Translations under genes and position numbers: made by a program
Notes under the pieces: model-generated
Seen by the model: the letters and a program-made list of their open reading frames with translations, nothing else
Database searches by the model: none
What the model was told of the DNA's origin: nothing
Shown: in pieces, positions 25,478 through 34,311 of the stretch
Layout of the letters: every line of letters begins with the position of its first letter
Numbering within the stretch: position 1 is the first letter of the stretch
Virus record (IMG/VR): IMGVR_UViG_3300049893_001743
Span: 1-54,153 of that record
From: a virus
Lineage: Duplodnaviria; Caudoviricetes
Reading direction: 5' to 3' (one strand)
DNA length: 54,153 nt

Positions 25478-27198
25478 TTTGGCTCCTTTAGGATTTTATC
25501 TAATAGCTGTGATTCATTGACTGTCTTAATACCTTCCCTTTGAAAGAGATAATTCTCGGCATGCTTAAGTTGTATCTGAGCATCTCTGATGGAGGATGCA
25601 ACCTCATCCTTGCGTTTCTGATCAGGAGCTTGAGACATCATAGTATTAAGGTTATTGATTAGGTCATTAAGCCTCTTATGCTCTCCCATGACGATAGAGA
25701 TTGGGCGTTGGAGAGAGGCTTCTAGCTCCTTATACTCTTTCCTCCATTGCTCAGGGAAATGGCATGACTTGGCGCTTAGGCAACGTTCAAGGATAGGCAA
25801 AGCTGACCTAAGTTTGGCTAAGCCACCGTCATAATCGCCATGAGATATCATGGTCATAGCTTCCATACGTGTAGATGAGAAGATATTGTACCAAGATACG
25901 TCGTAGTCTGGATTAATTGATGCCCCTAACTTCCATGCGTCCATTGATGCTCCAGGCATGCCATAGTTCATGTAGGTAACACCAAGATTTCCTAGGGCTA
26001 CCTCAGAGTCAGGAAATTGCCAGTGGTTGGACTGGTAGAAGCGTAGTTCATTATCGTATGTAGGTAATTGCATCCAGGTCCTGACGAGGTAGCCGGCGAA
26101 TACCATAGAGTAGATTATGAGATGGTCCTTTGTGAGGAAGGCTATAAGAAGGCATATTCCTACAGATGGTATGAAGACATAGCGTTCTGTTATGAACTGC
26201 TGTATTGTGATCCAGTTAAGGAATATGAATAGGAATGAGATGAACCATAGGATGGAGAGGCGTATCTCAAGATATGGTGTGAGGAAGAATATAGCTATGA
26301 GAGATACTATGATAAGTAGGCCAGTAAAGAAGCTGGCGTCCTCTCTTTCCATATCCTTGGAATAGTGAAATCCATAGGTATGGTATAGGCCCATGCGGTT
26401 TGGAAATATGACGTGCTTGATGTAGTAATAGAATGTCTTAACCGCCACGATAATCTTACGCCAGTGGAACACCGTGGATTGGCCCATTTGCTGTTTCTTG
26501 AACTCTGAGACTCGCATACCGATAGTCTGCTTAATGATATCTAGGCACATTATGGAGGATATGATGAAGCCTAATAGGGCATACTGCCAGAAGCCATAAA
26601 ATAGGAGTATGACCCATACCATCATAGCCGTGAACATGGCGTGGATGCCTAGAAATTGCATGAGGCTAAAACCTATGAGCAGGAATAAACTATATTCTGG
26701 ATTAACACCCTTGGCCCAGAACACGAAGTTTAGGGTCGTAGTGATCCAAAACAAGCAAAGGGGATAGCCTAGTGCAGAACACCAGGCTACGGCTTGGGTG
26801 CCTATGGGATGAACGATGAAGAGAGCGGTTGTCATAAAAGCTATCTCATCTGAAGTTACCTGTCTAAGCCACGCATAAAGAGACAAAATAGCTACATTAA
26901 AGACTAGGATAGATAGGGTATGGTGCCTAGATGGTATCTTACCGAGTGGTATCTTATTGCCGGCCCCATCCTTCTTGTCTGAGGGGAAATTACCTCCTAC
27001 GATAGTGTATCGGAGCCAACGGCTTATCATACCGTATTCCTTACCTTGGAGCTTCCCGTCAAAGGAGAGGATGCCTGCTAGATCGTCAGATACAAATCCG
27101 CACTTGACCGTATAGGAGTATGTGAGCCATACTAAAAGGGTGAGTACAAGGTAATTCTGGTGGGGTGCCAGGAGCGATAAGATATCTTGTATGCTCAT
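25474..27198 (-). CDS. TMTC-like GT-C membrane glycosyltransferase with C-terminal TPR
   Basis: FVSDD after TM1, LFIVHP..TQAVAW, ERYVFIP, many TM helices, TPR-like ALGNLGVTY..A..INPDY. Confidence 0.82.
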   Translation of the reverse strand: MSIQDILSLLAPHQNYLVLTLLVWLTYSYTVKCGFVSDDLAGILSFDGKLQGKEYGMISRWLRYTIVGGNFPSDKKDGAGNKIPLGKIPSRHHTLSILVFNVAILSLYAWLRQVTSDEIAFMTTALFIVHPIGTQAVAWCSALGYPLCLFWITTTLNFVFWAKGVNPEYSLFLLIGFSLMQFLGIHAMFTAMMVWVILLFYGFWQYALLGFIISSIMCLDIIKQTIGMRVSEFKKQQMGQSTVFHWRKIIVAVKTFYYYIKHVIFPNRMGLYHTYGFHYSKDMEREDASFFTGLLIIVSLIAIFFLTPYLEIRLSILWFISFLFIFLNWITIQQFITERYVFIPSVGICLLIAFLTKDHLIIYSMVFAGYLVRTWMQLPTYDNELRFYQSNHWQFPDSEVALGNLGVTYMNYGMPGASMDAWKLGASINPDYDVSWYNIFSSTRMEAMTMISHGDYDGGLAKLRSALPILERCLSAKSCHFPEQWRKEYKELEASLQRPISIVMGEHKRLNDLINNLNTMMSQAPDQKRKDEVASSIRDAQIQLKHAENYLFQREGIKTVNESQLLDKILKEPK

Positions 27199-27206
27199 GG
27201 AAGATA

Positions 27207-27236
27207 AGAATAGGACTATGAGTTAATGGGTGTCAA
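27207..27236 (-). promoter_or_regulatory. Sigma70-type promoter for the glycan cluster
   Basis: Minus-strand TTGACA (27236-27231), 18 nt, TATTCT (27212-27207); ATG at 27198. Confidence 0.65.
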
Positions 27237-27245
27237 GGAGAAAAA

Positions 27246-27308
27246 ATGGTAGAATTATTAGCGTTTGTACTTTTAGTTATTATAGCTGATGCATTCTTAG
27301 ATTCTTAA
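27246..27308 (+). CDS. 20-aa hydrophobic peptide MVELLAFVLLVIIADAFLDS
   Basis: AAGGAG SD 5 nt upstream; stop overlaps the convergent gene's stop within TTAA. Confidence 0.45.
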   Translation: MVELLAFVLLVIIADAFLDS

Positions 27309-28399
27309 GAAGAGGCTTTTGAGTATAAAGCTCTCTTAATGAATCCAGGAATAAATGGTGATGCGGCGGCTGAGAGTCCTCCGATAACTACCGCACCCTT
27401 TATCTTTCTATAAGTATCTTCATTAAATTTAGCTTTTTCAACTTCTTTGGAAATTCTAGGAGCAAATCTTTTTAGAGCTACAGAAGCCCTATCTCCTAAT
27501 TTACCTCCAGCGCCACTCATCTGCTGTAGAATATTTCCACCAAACACATTCTCTGGACCTCTAGAAGACTGAATTGGAGATATAGCTTCCTTAAAGTTTT
27601 CTGCATGCTTACCAAACTTCTCCATAACTGGAGTCATGGATGGATCGGCTTTACGCATCCTATCGCCTATTTCTTTAGACAAGGTTCTCTCATCTAAATA
27701 CTTAGGAGATATCTTCTTACCACTCTTAATATTCTCAGGAATTATTGTACTAAGACTATTCCTAAGATCCTGGGCTTCCTTCATGGTATAAATACCTTTT
27801 GGCTCAGGTAATCCTAATTCTATTTCGATATCTCTTAAGTCAACCTGACCCCATGATTTCTCAAGAGATTTACCGTAAGATTTCCCAAGCGCCCTTCTTC
27901 TATTAAGAAGCTTCTTTTCTACATTCTTTGTAAAATCCACACGGGATTCTGCGGAGCGATATGGAAATTTCTTAGATATAGCCTTAGCGCCGCTCTGTAC
28001 TACCTTTGGACCCAGAAGAGCTTCTGGATCAGAAACCATGTCAAGGAGCATTCCACCTGCCCCAGGTGACGCTTCCTGAGCGATATCTGACTTAATATCA
28101 TGCCCAGTCATGTAAGGTCCTAGTCCAGGAACCTTCTTAAGTCCTGAGAATGTGCCTTGTATGGCTGATCCAAATGGATTAGAGGGGTCCATTGGCTTAG
28201 GGGGAAGCATTGCATCTGAGACATTTTGTTTAATTATGTTAGATGCTTTTTGAAGCATATTCATAGCATTAGGCCTATGATTATACTTCTTCTCAATGCT
28301 TGCCATAATCTCATCCTGGTCCTGATCATTTAAGGACAGGAAATCCTGGTCATTCATTAACTCATCAATGACAGATTTAGGAATATTGCTCAATTCCAT
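27305..28399 (-). CDS. Putative internal virion/DNA ejection protein
   Basis: Last gene of the structural operon; helical, M/G/K-rich composition. Confidence 0.6.
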   Translation of the reverse strand: MELSNIPKSVIDELMNDQDFLSLNDQDQDEIMASIEKKYNHRPNAMNMLQKASNIIKQNVSDAMLPPKPMDPSNPFGSAIQGTFSGLKKVPGLGPYMTGHDIKSDIAQEASPGAGGMLLDMVSDPEALLGPKVVQSGAKAISKKFPYRSAESRVDFTKNVEKKLLNRRRALGKSYGKSLEKSWGQVDLRDIEIELGLPEPKGIYTMKEAQDLRNSLSTIIPENIKSGKKISPKYLDERTLSKEIGDRMRKADPSMTPVMEKFGKHAENFKEAISPIQSSRGPENVFGGNILQQMSGAGGKLGDRASVALKRFAPRISKEVEKAKFNEDTYRKIKGAVVIGGLSAAASPFIPGFIKRALYSKASS

Positions 28400-29349
28400 C
28401 CCCTCTCTTTAAGTTTCTTCATAAGACGAGATTTAGGGTCCTCATTAGATGTGATACTTGCATCTTGAGCGGTATCAGCACGAGATTGACCAGAGGCATC
28501 AAGTAAGGGATTGGCTGTTCCTCTTCTTAAGTCTCCTACTCTAAATCCCCTTTGAGAATATAGATTAAGTAATAATTCTTCTCCTTCCTGAAGTCTCCTT
28601 ATAGCCTCATTAGCTTTATTCTTGTACACCTCTGGAGGATCTGTAGGCATAGGATAATCGGGTTCTAACCATCCTAATTCCTTAAGGGCGGCTTGGGCAC
28701 CAGTTGTTTCCTTCCTAAATTGTTGAAATACTTTATCCGTTTCAGCTTTAAATGTTAGGAAATCAGTAGCTGAAGTATCTCCTGTCATAGACTGAGCTTT
28801 AAGTAAGAAATTACTTCCAGGCATTCTGGAAGCACTATAACTTAAGGGACTCATCCTCTTTTCGACACCAGGATTCATTAGATTCAGATTATTAGTAAGA
28901 TTCTGCCTAGTTCTTCTAAAAGAACCTATCTCAGCAGTAGACTTGGAATCTAGTGGGTCCTTAAGTTTAGGTGCGTTCTGAACTATCATCTGACCTTTAT
29001 ACCTAGTAACAGTAGGATTCTGGATATAGTCTGACTCATCAAATCCAGATTCAGAAGCAAGAGATTCTAGAGACCCGTTGCTTGAGCCATCAAGCCCTAT
29101 ACGCTTATTAAGATCTGCCGCACTACGATACATTTCAGTCTGAGCTTTCTCCTTCTCATTCATAGGAAGCTCATTCTCAAACTTTTTTAAAGCCATCTGA
29201 CCACCGAGAGTCTTACGTAGAGTCCTATCCTCTTCCTGGCGTTTCTTAAAGTCCTCAAAGATATTATCTGAGGTCATGCCGAATGCAGAACGTCTGGACT
29301 TTCCTACGGACTGTCCTACCTCAAATGCCTTAAATGGGTCTATAGCCAT
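28390..29349 (-). CDS. Putative internal virion/DNA ejection protein
   Basis: Position; RKETTGAQA..KEL..L....P...D motif typical of ejection proteins. Confidence 0.6.
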   Translation of the reverse strand: MAIDPFKAFEVGQSVGKSRRSAFGMTSDNIFEDFKKRQEEDRTLRKTLGGQMALKKFENELPMNEKEKAQTEMYRSAADLNKRIGLDGSSNGSLESLASESGFDESDYIQNPTVTRYKGQMIVQNAPKLKDPLDSKSTAEIGSFRRTRQNLTNNLNLMNPGVEKRMSPLSYSASRMPGSNFLLKAQSMTGDTSATDFLTFKAETDKVFQQFRKETTGAQAALKELGWLEPDYPMPTDPPEVYKNKANEAIRRLQEGEELLLNLYSQRGFRVGDLRRGTANPLLDASGQSRADTAQDASITSNEDPKSRLMKKLKERGWN

Positions 29350-30242
29350 CAGATTAGTCCCTCATTACCGTAGATGCCATTCTGTAAGAACATACTACCT
29401 ATATTGGAGAATGATTTCTTGAACTGTGCCGCCTCTTCTGAGGACATGCCAAGCTCAAGCATGATTGTGGAGATATCGTAGTTGGCTATCTCTTTAAGCT
29501 TCTCTAATTCCTGAGATGAAGCCTGAGTACCTGCCAGAGCGATAGCATCTGCCCTGTCTATAGTCTGCTGACGATTAAGATTAGACACCTCTCTTTGATA
29601 TGCTGTATCTGTCGTAGGATCGAATCCAGGGTGGAGATTCTTATAGATGTCATTTATACGCTTCATCTCCTGATCCTGTTTAATTTGAATAGAGCGATTA
29701 ACGGCTCCCTCAAGCTCAGGGGACATCTTCCCAGGTTGGAATGATTTAAGAGACTGTATACTCTCAAGCGAGTTAATGTCTGGAACAGACTTAGATTTAG
29801 GAGCCGCTAAGTCACCTATTAAGTTCATTCCTAGACCAAGCATAGTCTGGTTAGGATTCTTTCCAAAGAGTTGATTCATCCAGTCGTTGCCAGATTCTTT
29901 CGGAGTATTCTGAGGGCCAGATCTTGTTTCGGATGGGAGAAACTTTTTTAGGAAATTTACTCCCTGAGATGGATTAGGGTTGGTTGTAGAGTTAAAACCT
30001 GGGAGAGCAGAAGCCATACTTTGAGGAGATGACGAAGGAGCAATGGGGGTTCCTTGAGATGGCTTAAATGACTGAAAAGCTTGATTTCCTGAGGCCTTTC
30101 CAGCCATACCACCTATTGCATTTGAGATACCACTGACATTTCTTACGGCACCGCCCAGAGCTTTGCCTACAGAACTTGCACCCTGTATGAATGGGGTGAA
30201 AGCCTTCTGAATATTACCAAATAAGGATGAAAGAAATTCCAT
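29349..30242 (-). CDS. Putative internal virion/DNA pilot protein
   Basis: G/A/S-rich amphipathic N-terminus; position. Confidence 0.6.
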   Translation of the reverse strand: MEFLSSLFGNIQKAFTPFIQGASSVGKALGGAVRNVSGISNAIGGMAGKASGNQAFQSFKPSQGTPIAPSSSPQSMASALPGFNSTTNPNPSQGVNFLKKFLPSETRSGPQNTPKESGNDWMNQLFGKNPNQTMLGLGMNLIGDLAAPKSKSVPDINSLESIQSLKSFQPGKMSPELEGAVNRSIQIKQDQEMKRINDIYKNLHPGFDPTTDTAYQREVSNLNRQQTIDRADAIALAGTQASSQELEKLKEIANYDISTIMLELGMSSEEAAQFKKSFSNIGSMFLQNGIYGNEGLI

Positions 30243-30826
30243 TAGAAACTCCTTCCCTGCTCCGCACCGAATTGTCTATTGAACAGATCGAATGCTCCAG
30301 AGCCTTCTTGTTGTTTACTACGTATAGCTTGCAAAGCTTTATTAAGAACTCCAGTACCAACATTTGCTCCACCACCTTGAGTCCCACCACCGCCAGGAGG
30401 CGTAATAGCATTTGGCTGAGGCTGAGGCATTTCTTGTTGAACGAATTGTTGCGGTTGAGATTCTTGCTGAGCTTGGTTACCACCTTGACCAAATGCATTC
30501 ATTCCAAGTCTTGTTGCACTATATATACCAGCAGGAGCTTGCCAAGGACCAGGAATAAATGAGAAGAGATTAGCGGCTGGTTCTAAGAAATCATTAATTT
30601 TCTTATAGTAAACTCCGTTCGCCTTATGATGAGCAAACTCTCCTTGATCTCCATCCTTCAGGTGGTCAAGTTCGTGGATAAGGTTCATAGCGTCCAAGAC
30701 CTTAATACCTGTTTTCCTAACGTAGGCAGTATTTGTAGAAGGATCTGCCACACCTAAGCTTGAGTGCATATCTGGGTAATCTAAACTTTCGAAATCTTTG
30801 TCATCCAAGAACTGTACTTTGTACAT
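30242..30826 (-). CDS. Putative internal virion protein with HEXXH motif
   Basis: LIHELDHL followed by G/Q-rich tail. Confidence 0.55.
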   Translation of the reverse strand: MYKVQFLDDKDFESLDYPDMHSSLGVADPSTNTAYVRKTGIKVLDAMNLIHELDHLKDGDQGEFAHHKANGVYYKKINDFLEPAANLFSFIPGPWQAPAGIYSATRLGMNAFGQGGNQAQQESQPQQFVQQEMPQPQPNAITPPGGGGTQGGGANVGTGVLNKALQAIRSKQQEGSGAFDLFNRQFGAEQGRSF

Positions 30827-31256
30827 AATTCCTCCTATAGATTTTGATTAATCTGTCAAAAGGTTCCCTATGGTAATAACCCTCTGTTACAAATGGAAAC
30901 TTTTCTTCAATAGACTTTTGAAGGGCTTTTCTAATTGAAACTGTCCATTTTGAACAGATCATTTTATCGATGTATATTTGATGACCCAATGGGTTATCCT
31001 CAGGTATATCCCAAGTACCTTTCTTATAAGAATTAACAAAATCTTTCGTGAGAAAGTATACTATTAGGCATATAATACGCCCTCTATCCCATATTACCAT
31101 TATGCGGTTCATACGCAACATGGCTTCAAGGTATGCCCTAAAGTTCTCATATTCATGGTCTTTTATCTTATAACCCCAACTGTACATTAAGTTTGCGATA
31201 GAATGGAACGTCATAAAGTCACACTCCATGTAGATACCCATGCTGTACCAAACCAA
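30801..31256 (-). CDS. Possible acyltransferase-like (GNAT/HlyC-like) tail-associated protein
   Basis: Position between nozzle and ejection genes; WD..ED...G..IYID pattern; family call weak. Confidence 0.4.
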   Translation of the reverse strand: MVWYSMGIYMECDFMTFHSIANLMYSWGYKIKDHEYENFRAYLEAMLRMNRIMVIWDRGRIICLIVYFLTKDFVNSYKKGTWDIPEDNPLGHQIYIDKMICSKWTVSIRKALQKSIEEKFPFVTEGYYHREPFDRLIKIYRRNYVQSTVLG

Positions 31257-31444
31257 ACATATTGGGTGTGTCCGCCTGTAGATGGGGCTAGGATCACGGC
31301 TTCACCTATCTGACCGGACCAAGATGGAGCGGAGGTTATGAATGGAATTTGATACTTTCCAAAGTTCCATACATTGGTAACTGTATCTCTAAAATTCTCT
31401 AACTCGGTAGATATGTTGGCAAATGAGTAGGGTTCTATCTTCAT
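31211..31444 (-). CDS. Small virion/tail protein
   Basis: 77 aa; P...GE......YVWFGTAWV motif. Confidence 0.6.
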   Translation of the reverse strand: MKIEPYSFANISTELENFRDTVTNVWNFGKYQIPFITSAPSWSGQIGEAVILAPSTGGHTQYVWFGTAWVSTWSVTL

Positions 31445-34311
31445 CCTGTTACCCCACGACCTATTCCCTTTTCTGACTGTAATAGATCATATCTAACCAG
31501 CTTCCATGGCTCTGAGGTTCCATTAGACGATGTTAGACGAAATTGGTATGTATTATGGGTACTCTTAATATCTGTTGTTCTTAAACATAAGAGAGAGCTT
31601 TCGGCTCCAGTAAAAGGTGAAAATGGGACCATTTGAGCAAAAGTTCTGCTTAAATCCACCCTATCCTGAAAATATATCATTCCATATGAGTCGTGGCCGA
31701 AATAGAAGTCTATTTCATGCGCTTTTGAGACTATCTGAGGAGAGTTCTTATACATGATAGGAGAATCATATATCTCATTTACAGGCATAGAGTATGAGTC
31801 TAGATTTCCAGAATTCAGGATATGGACGAAACCTGAACGATCTATAGCCATAAGAGCCTGTTGGTTATTTGACTCTGCGATACACATAGCTTGATACCCT
31901 TGATTGGAATAGGGGTACATCGAAAGGGTCCTAGCGTTTAAGACTATGGCGTGAGTAGTTTGGGTAGAGTTAGGTCCAATGACAAGATTGAGCCTATATT
32001 CCTGTTCTACCGGATCTGACTCAGCATGAGAAACTATAAGTCCAGAGCCGGCATAGCTTACTTTCTTTAAAGCAAACTCACAGTAATCATTATCATTCTC
32101 AACGTTATCAGATATAATAATGTCTCCGAATCCGTCAAATACACGTATTCTTCGTTGCCAGTCCAGACCAACAGCTACTTGCTCGCCCTTTATTGTAACA
32201 AGTTTTACCGTTCTTGGAACGAATCCCCAATCCTTAATCTTTAGATATGACCAGTCAGGATTACCTCCGACAAAGGCTACCCTGAATATGCGATATCTTG
32301 TAGAGATATATAGAAACTTTGATAATACGAATGCGGCAGTTATTTCATCATCTGCGGATGATGGAAAGTCGAATCCATCTGACCAGTCATCCGTAATCTG
32401 TAGATTCTCATCGGCATACTTAAATCCTCTTCTTCTGACATTATTATTAGAATCCATGAAGTTTAGAAGGATTAAGAATCCGTTATAGTTAATAGAGTAT
32501 TTAGCAGACGGAGCTGAGTTGATAGCGAGGACACTGGCAAAGGACCCTGCAGATCCAGCCCAATAAAGTGTTGGGTCATAGGAATCGGATGTAGCAACTA
32601 GGATATTCTTGGATCTCTCAAAGTATTGGTAATTCTGGGTTCTAGAAGATGCGATTGTGACGAAAGAGGCGCCTCTATTTGAAGAAGCTACAAGTCCAGT
32701 TCCAGCGGCTACAACTAACCACCTAAGGGAAGATGCTCCAAAATCGAACATTCCCCATCCGAATCCAGAAAATCCTCCAGAAAAAGTATTCCCTGTTCCT
32801 CCTCCATATAAGTCAGAACGTTCACTTAAAGTTAATACTTTCTTCCAGAATCCAGTTTCATCTTGCCTCATATCAGCATGAGTAGTTGCGAAGCTTTGTA
32901 GAGAATCACTCATGGCTCCTAGAACAAAAGGCGCTGAACCTATTCTTAGACCTGTAGTATAAGCGGCTGTATTGATATTAAGATTTACAGATATCCCTAT
33001 GTGGGAGTTGTTGCTGTGCCAAGCCACAATGTTATACCAAGTAGCTGTATTTAAAGCTCCAATCGAACTCGCTTGTACTGTAGCAGACTGAGAGCTACCA
33101 TTGGCTGAAACTCTAAATGTGGCATTTTGATTTGTATTGATATAGAGCCAATATTCGTAGTCATTTACCTTATAAGCTCTTGCAGGAGGAGTGAAGTTTG
33201 AGGTCCAACGTGCAATTCCTTTTGTAATCCTAGCTTCATCCATTAAACCTTGAAGACCTGCTAATCCAGCAGCCTGACCACCTAAATTTATTCCATCTGC
33301 TGGAACGCTGTTCGAAATTGACTGCGTAGTTCCATACTGAGTACCGTCAATAAAAACTCTAACATCATTATTTCTTCTTGTTATTGCAAAGTGATACCAT
33401 GTATTTACGGACAATGCAAAACCAGTAAAATCATTAAATGGAGCGCCAACTGAAACTCTAAATCCACCAGCTATTGATGGCGTATAGTTTACTGAGAAGT
33501 TTGAGCTTGTATCATAAGCTATTAGTACATTATCTGTATTAATAGTTGTCATCATAAAAAAGAAATCTACCGTAAAATCTCCTGTACCAAAATTCCAATC
33601 AGAACTACTAGATGACTTTATTGCATCCACAACATTAAATTTTGAAGCATTAACGAACTTTGCAGTTGTAGAAGAAAGAAGTACATTTCCTCCTGTAGTT
33701 AATGAATGTGCGGCAGGAGAGGAGTCCGTGAAAGGAGTTCCATCCATGTGGAGAAGAAGGACTGTGGCCGAGTCTATCTCAGGATCACGTTTAGAGATAA
33801 TGCTTCTTTCAAGAGTAGTAGATGTGGAATTAAGGTATATCCAGGTAGACATTGAAAAGTTGATGTTACCTGTTTGGATACTTCCAGTGTTTGCTCCAAC
33901 GAGAGCATTAGAAGCTGAGGCAAGAAATAAGGCGGCTTGATTCCTTATACCTGTAATTGACTGAGTAGTATTTACATCAAATAGAGTTAATGAACTAAAT
34001 GCATCTGATCTATTTCCACTTATTTCGTCTAATTTCCAATAATTTTGTAAACTTGTTGATAGCGAGTTACCAGAATCTATTGTCCATCCAGCCGCTCCAG
34101 TAGAGCCAATGGAGATAGAGTTTGTTGTAGATGAGCCATAACGTTTCTGGATAGAGCCATCAAAGTTCCACTTAATATCCATGGAATTTGGTGACTGATT
34201 AGGGTCATTCTTCATGATGTCTGATCGGGTAACCAGACCCTTATTGAAATCCTGGCTTGTTAAGAACTCATTTTTCTGTAGCATCTTAACGTCTATACAT
34301 CCATTCTTCAC
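31441..34311 (-). CDS. Tail nozzle/stabilisation protein (P22 gp10/T7 gp12-like) with inserted LamG domains
   Basis: N-terminal FNKGL....D..PN...GSIQKR.G motif, beta-propeller-like C-terminal half, two LamG signatures; likely start 34284. Confidence 0.75.
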   Translation of the reverse strand: MKNGCIDVKMLQKNEFLTSQDFNKGLVTRSDIMKNDPNQSPNSMDIKWNFDGSIQKRYGSSTTNSISIGSTGAAGWTIDSGNSLSTSLQNYWKLDEISGNRSDAFSSLTLFDVNTTQSITGIRNQAALFLASASNALVGANTGSIQTGNINFSMSTWIYLNSTSTTLERSIISKRDPEIDSATVLLLHMDGTPFTDSSPAAHSLTTGGNVLLSSTTAKFVNASKFNVVDAIKSSSSSDWNFGTGDFTVDFFFMMTTINTDNVLIAYDTSSNFSVNYTPSIAGGFRVSVGAPFNDFTGFALSVNTWYHFAITRRNNDVRVFIDGTQYGTTQSISNSVPADGINLGGQAAGLAGLQGLMDEARITKGIARWTSNFTPPARAYKVNDYEYWLYINTNQNATFRVSANGSSQSATVQASSIGALNTATWYNIVAWHSNNSHIGISVNLNINTAAYTTGLRIGSAPFVLGAMSDSLQSFATTHADMRQDETGFWKKVLTLSERSDLYGGGTGNTFSGGFSGFGWGMFDFGASSLRWLVVAAGTGLVASSNRGASFVTIASSRTQNYQYFERSKNILVATSDSYDPTLYWAGSAGSFASVLAINSAPSAKYSINYNGFLILLNFMDSNNNVRRRGFKYADENLQITDDWSDGFDFPSSADDEITAAFVLSKFLYISTRYRIFRVAFVGGNPDWSYLKIKDWGFVPRTVKLVTIKGEQVAVGLDWQRRIRVFDGFGDIIISDNVENDNDYCEFALKKVSYAGSGLIVSHAESDPVEQEYRLNLVIGPNSTQTTHAIVLNARTLSMYPYSNQGYQAMCIAESNNQQALMAIDRSGFVHILNSGNLDSYSMPVNEIYDSPIMYKNSPQIVSKAHEIDFYFGHDSYGMIYFQDRVDLSRTFAQMVPFSPFTGAESSLLCLRTTDIKSTHNTYQFRLTSSNGTSEPWKLVRYDLLQSEKGIGRGVTG

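Noticed and set aside
12983-27198. DNA hypermodification as the cluster's main purpose
   Set aside because: No nucleotide kinase, hydroxymethylase, deazaguanine or polymerase genes seen, and membrane GT-C/DPM1 enzymes point to lipid-linked glycans; a role for individual soluble enzymes is not excluded
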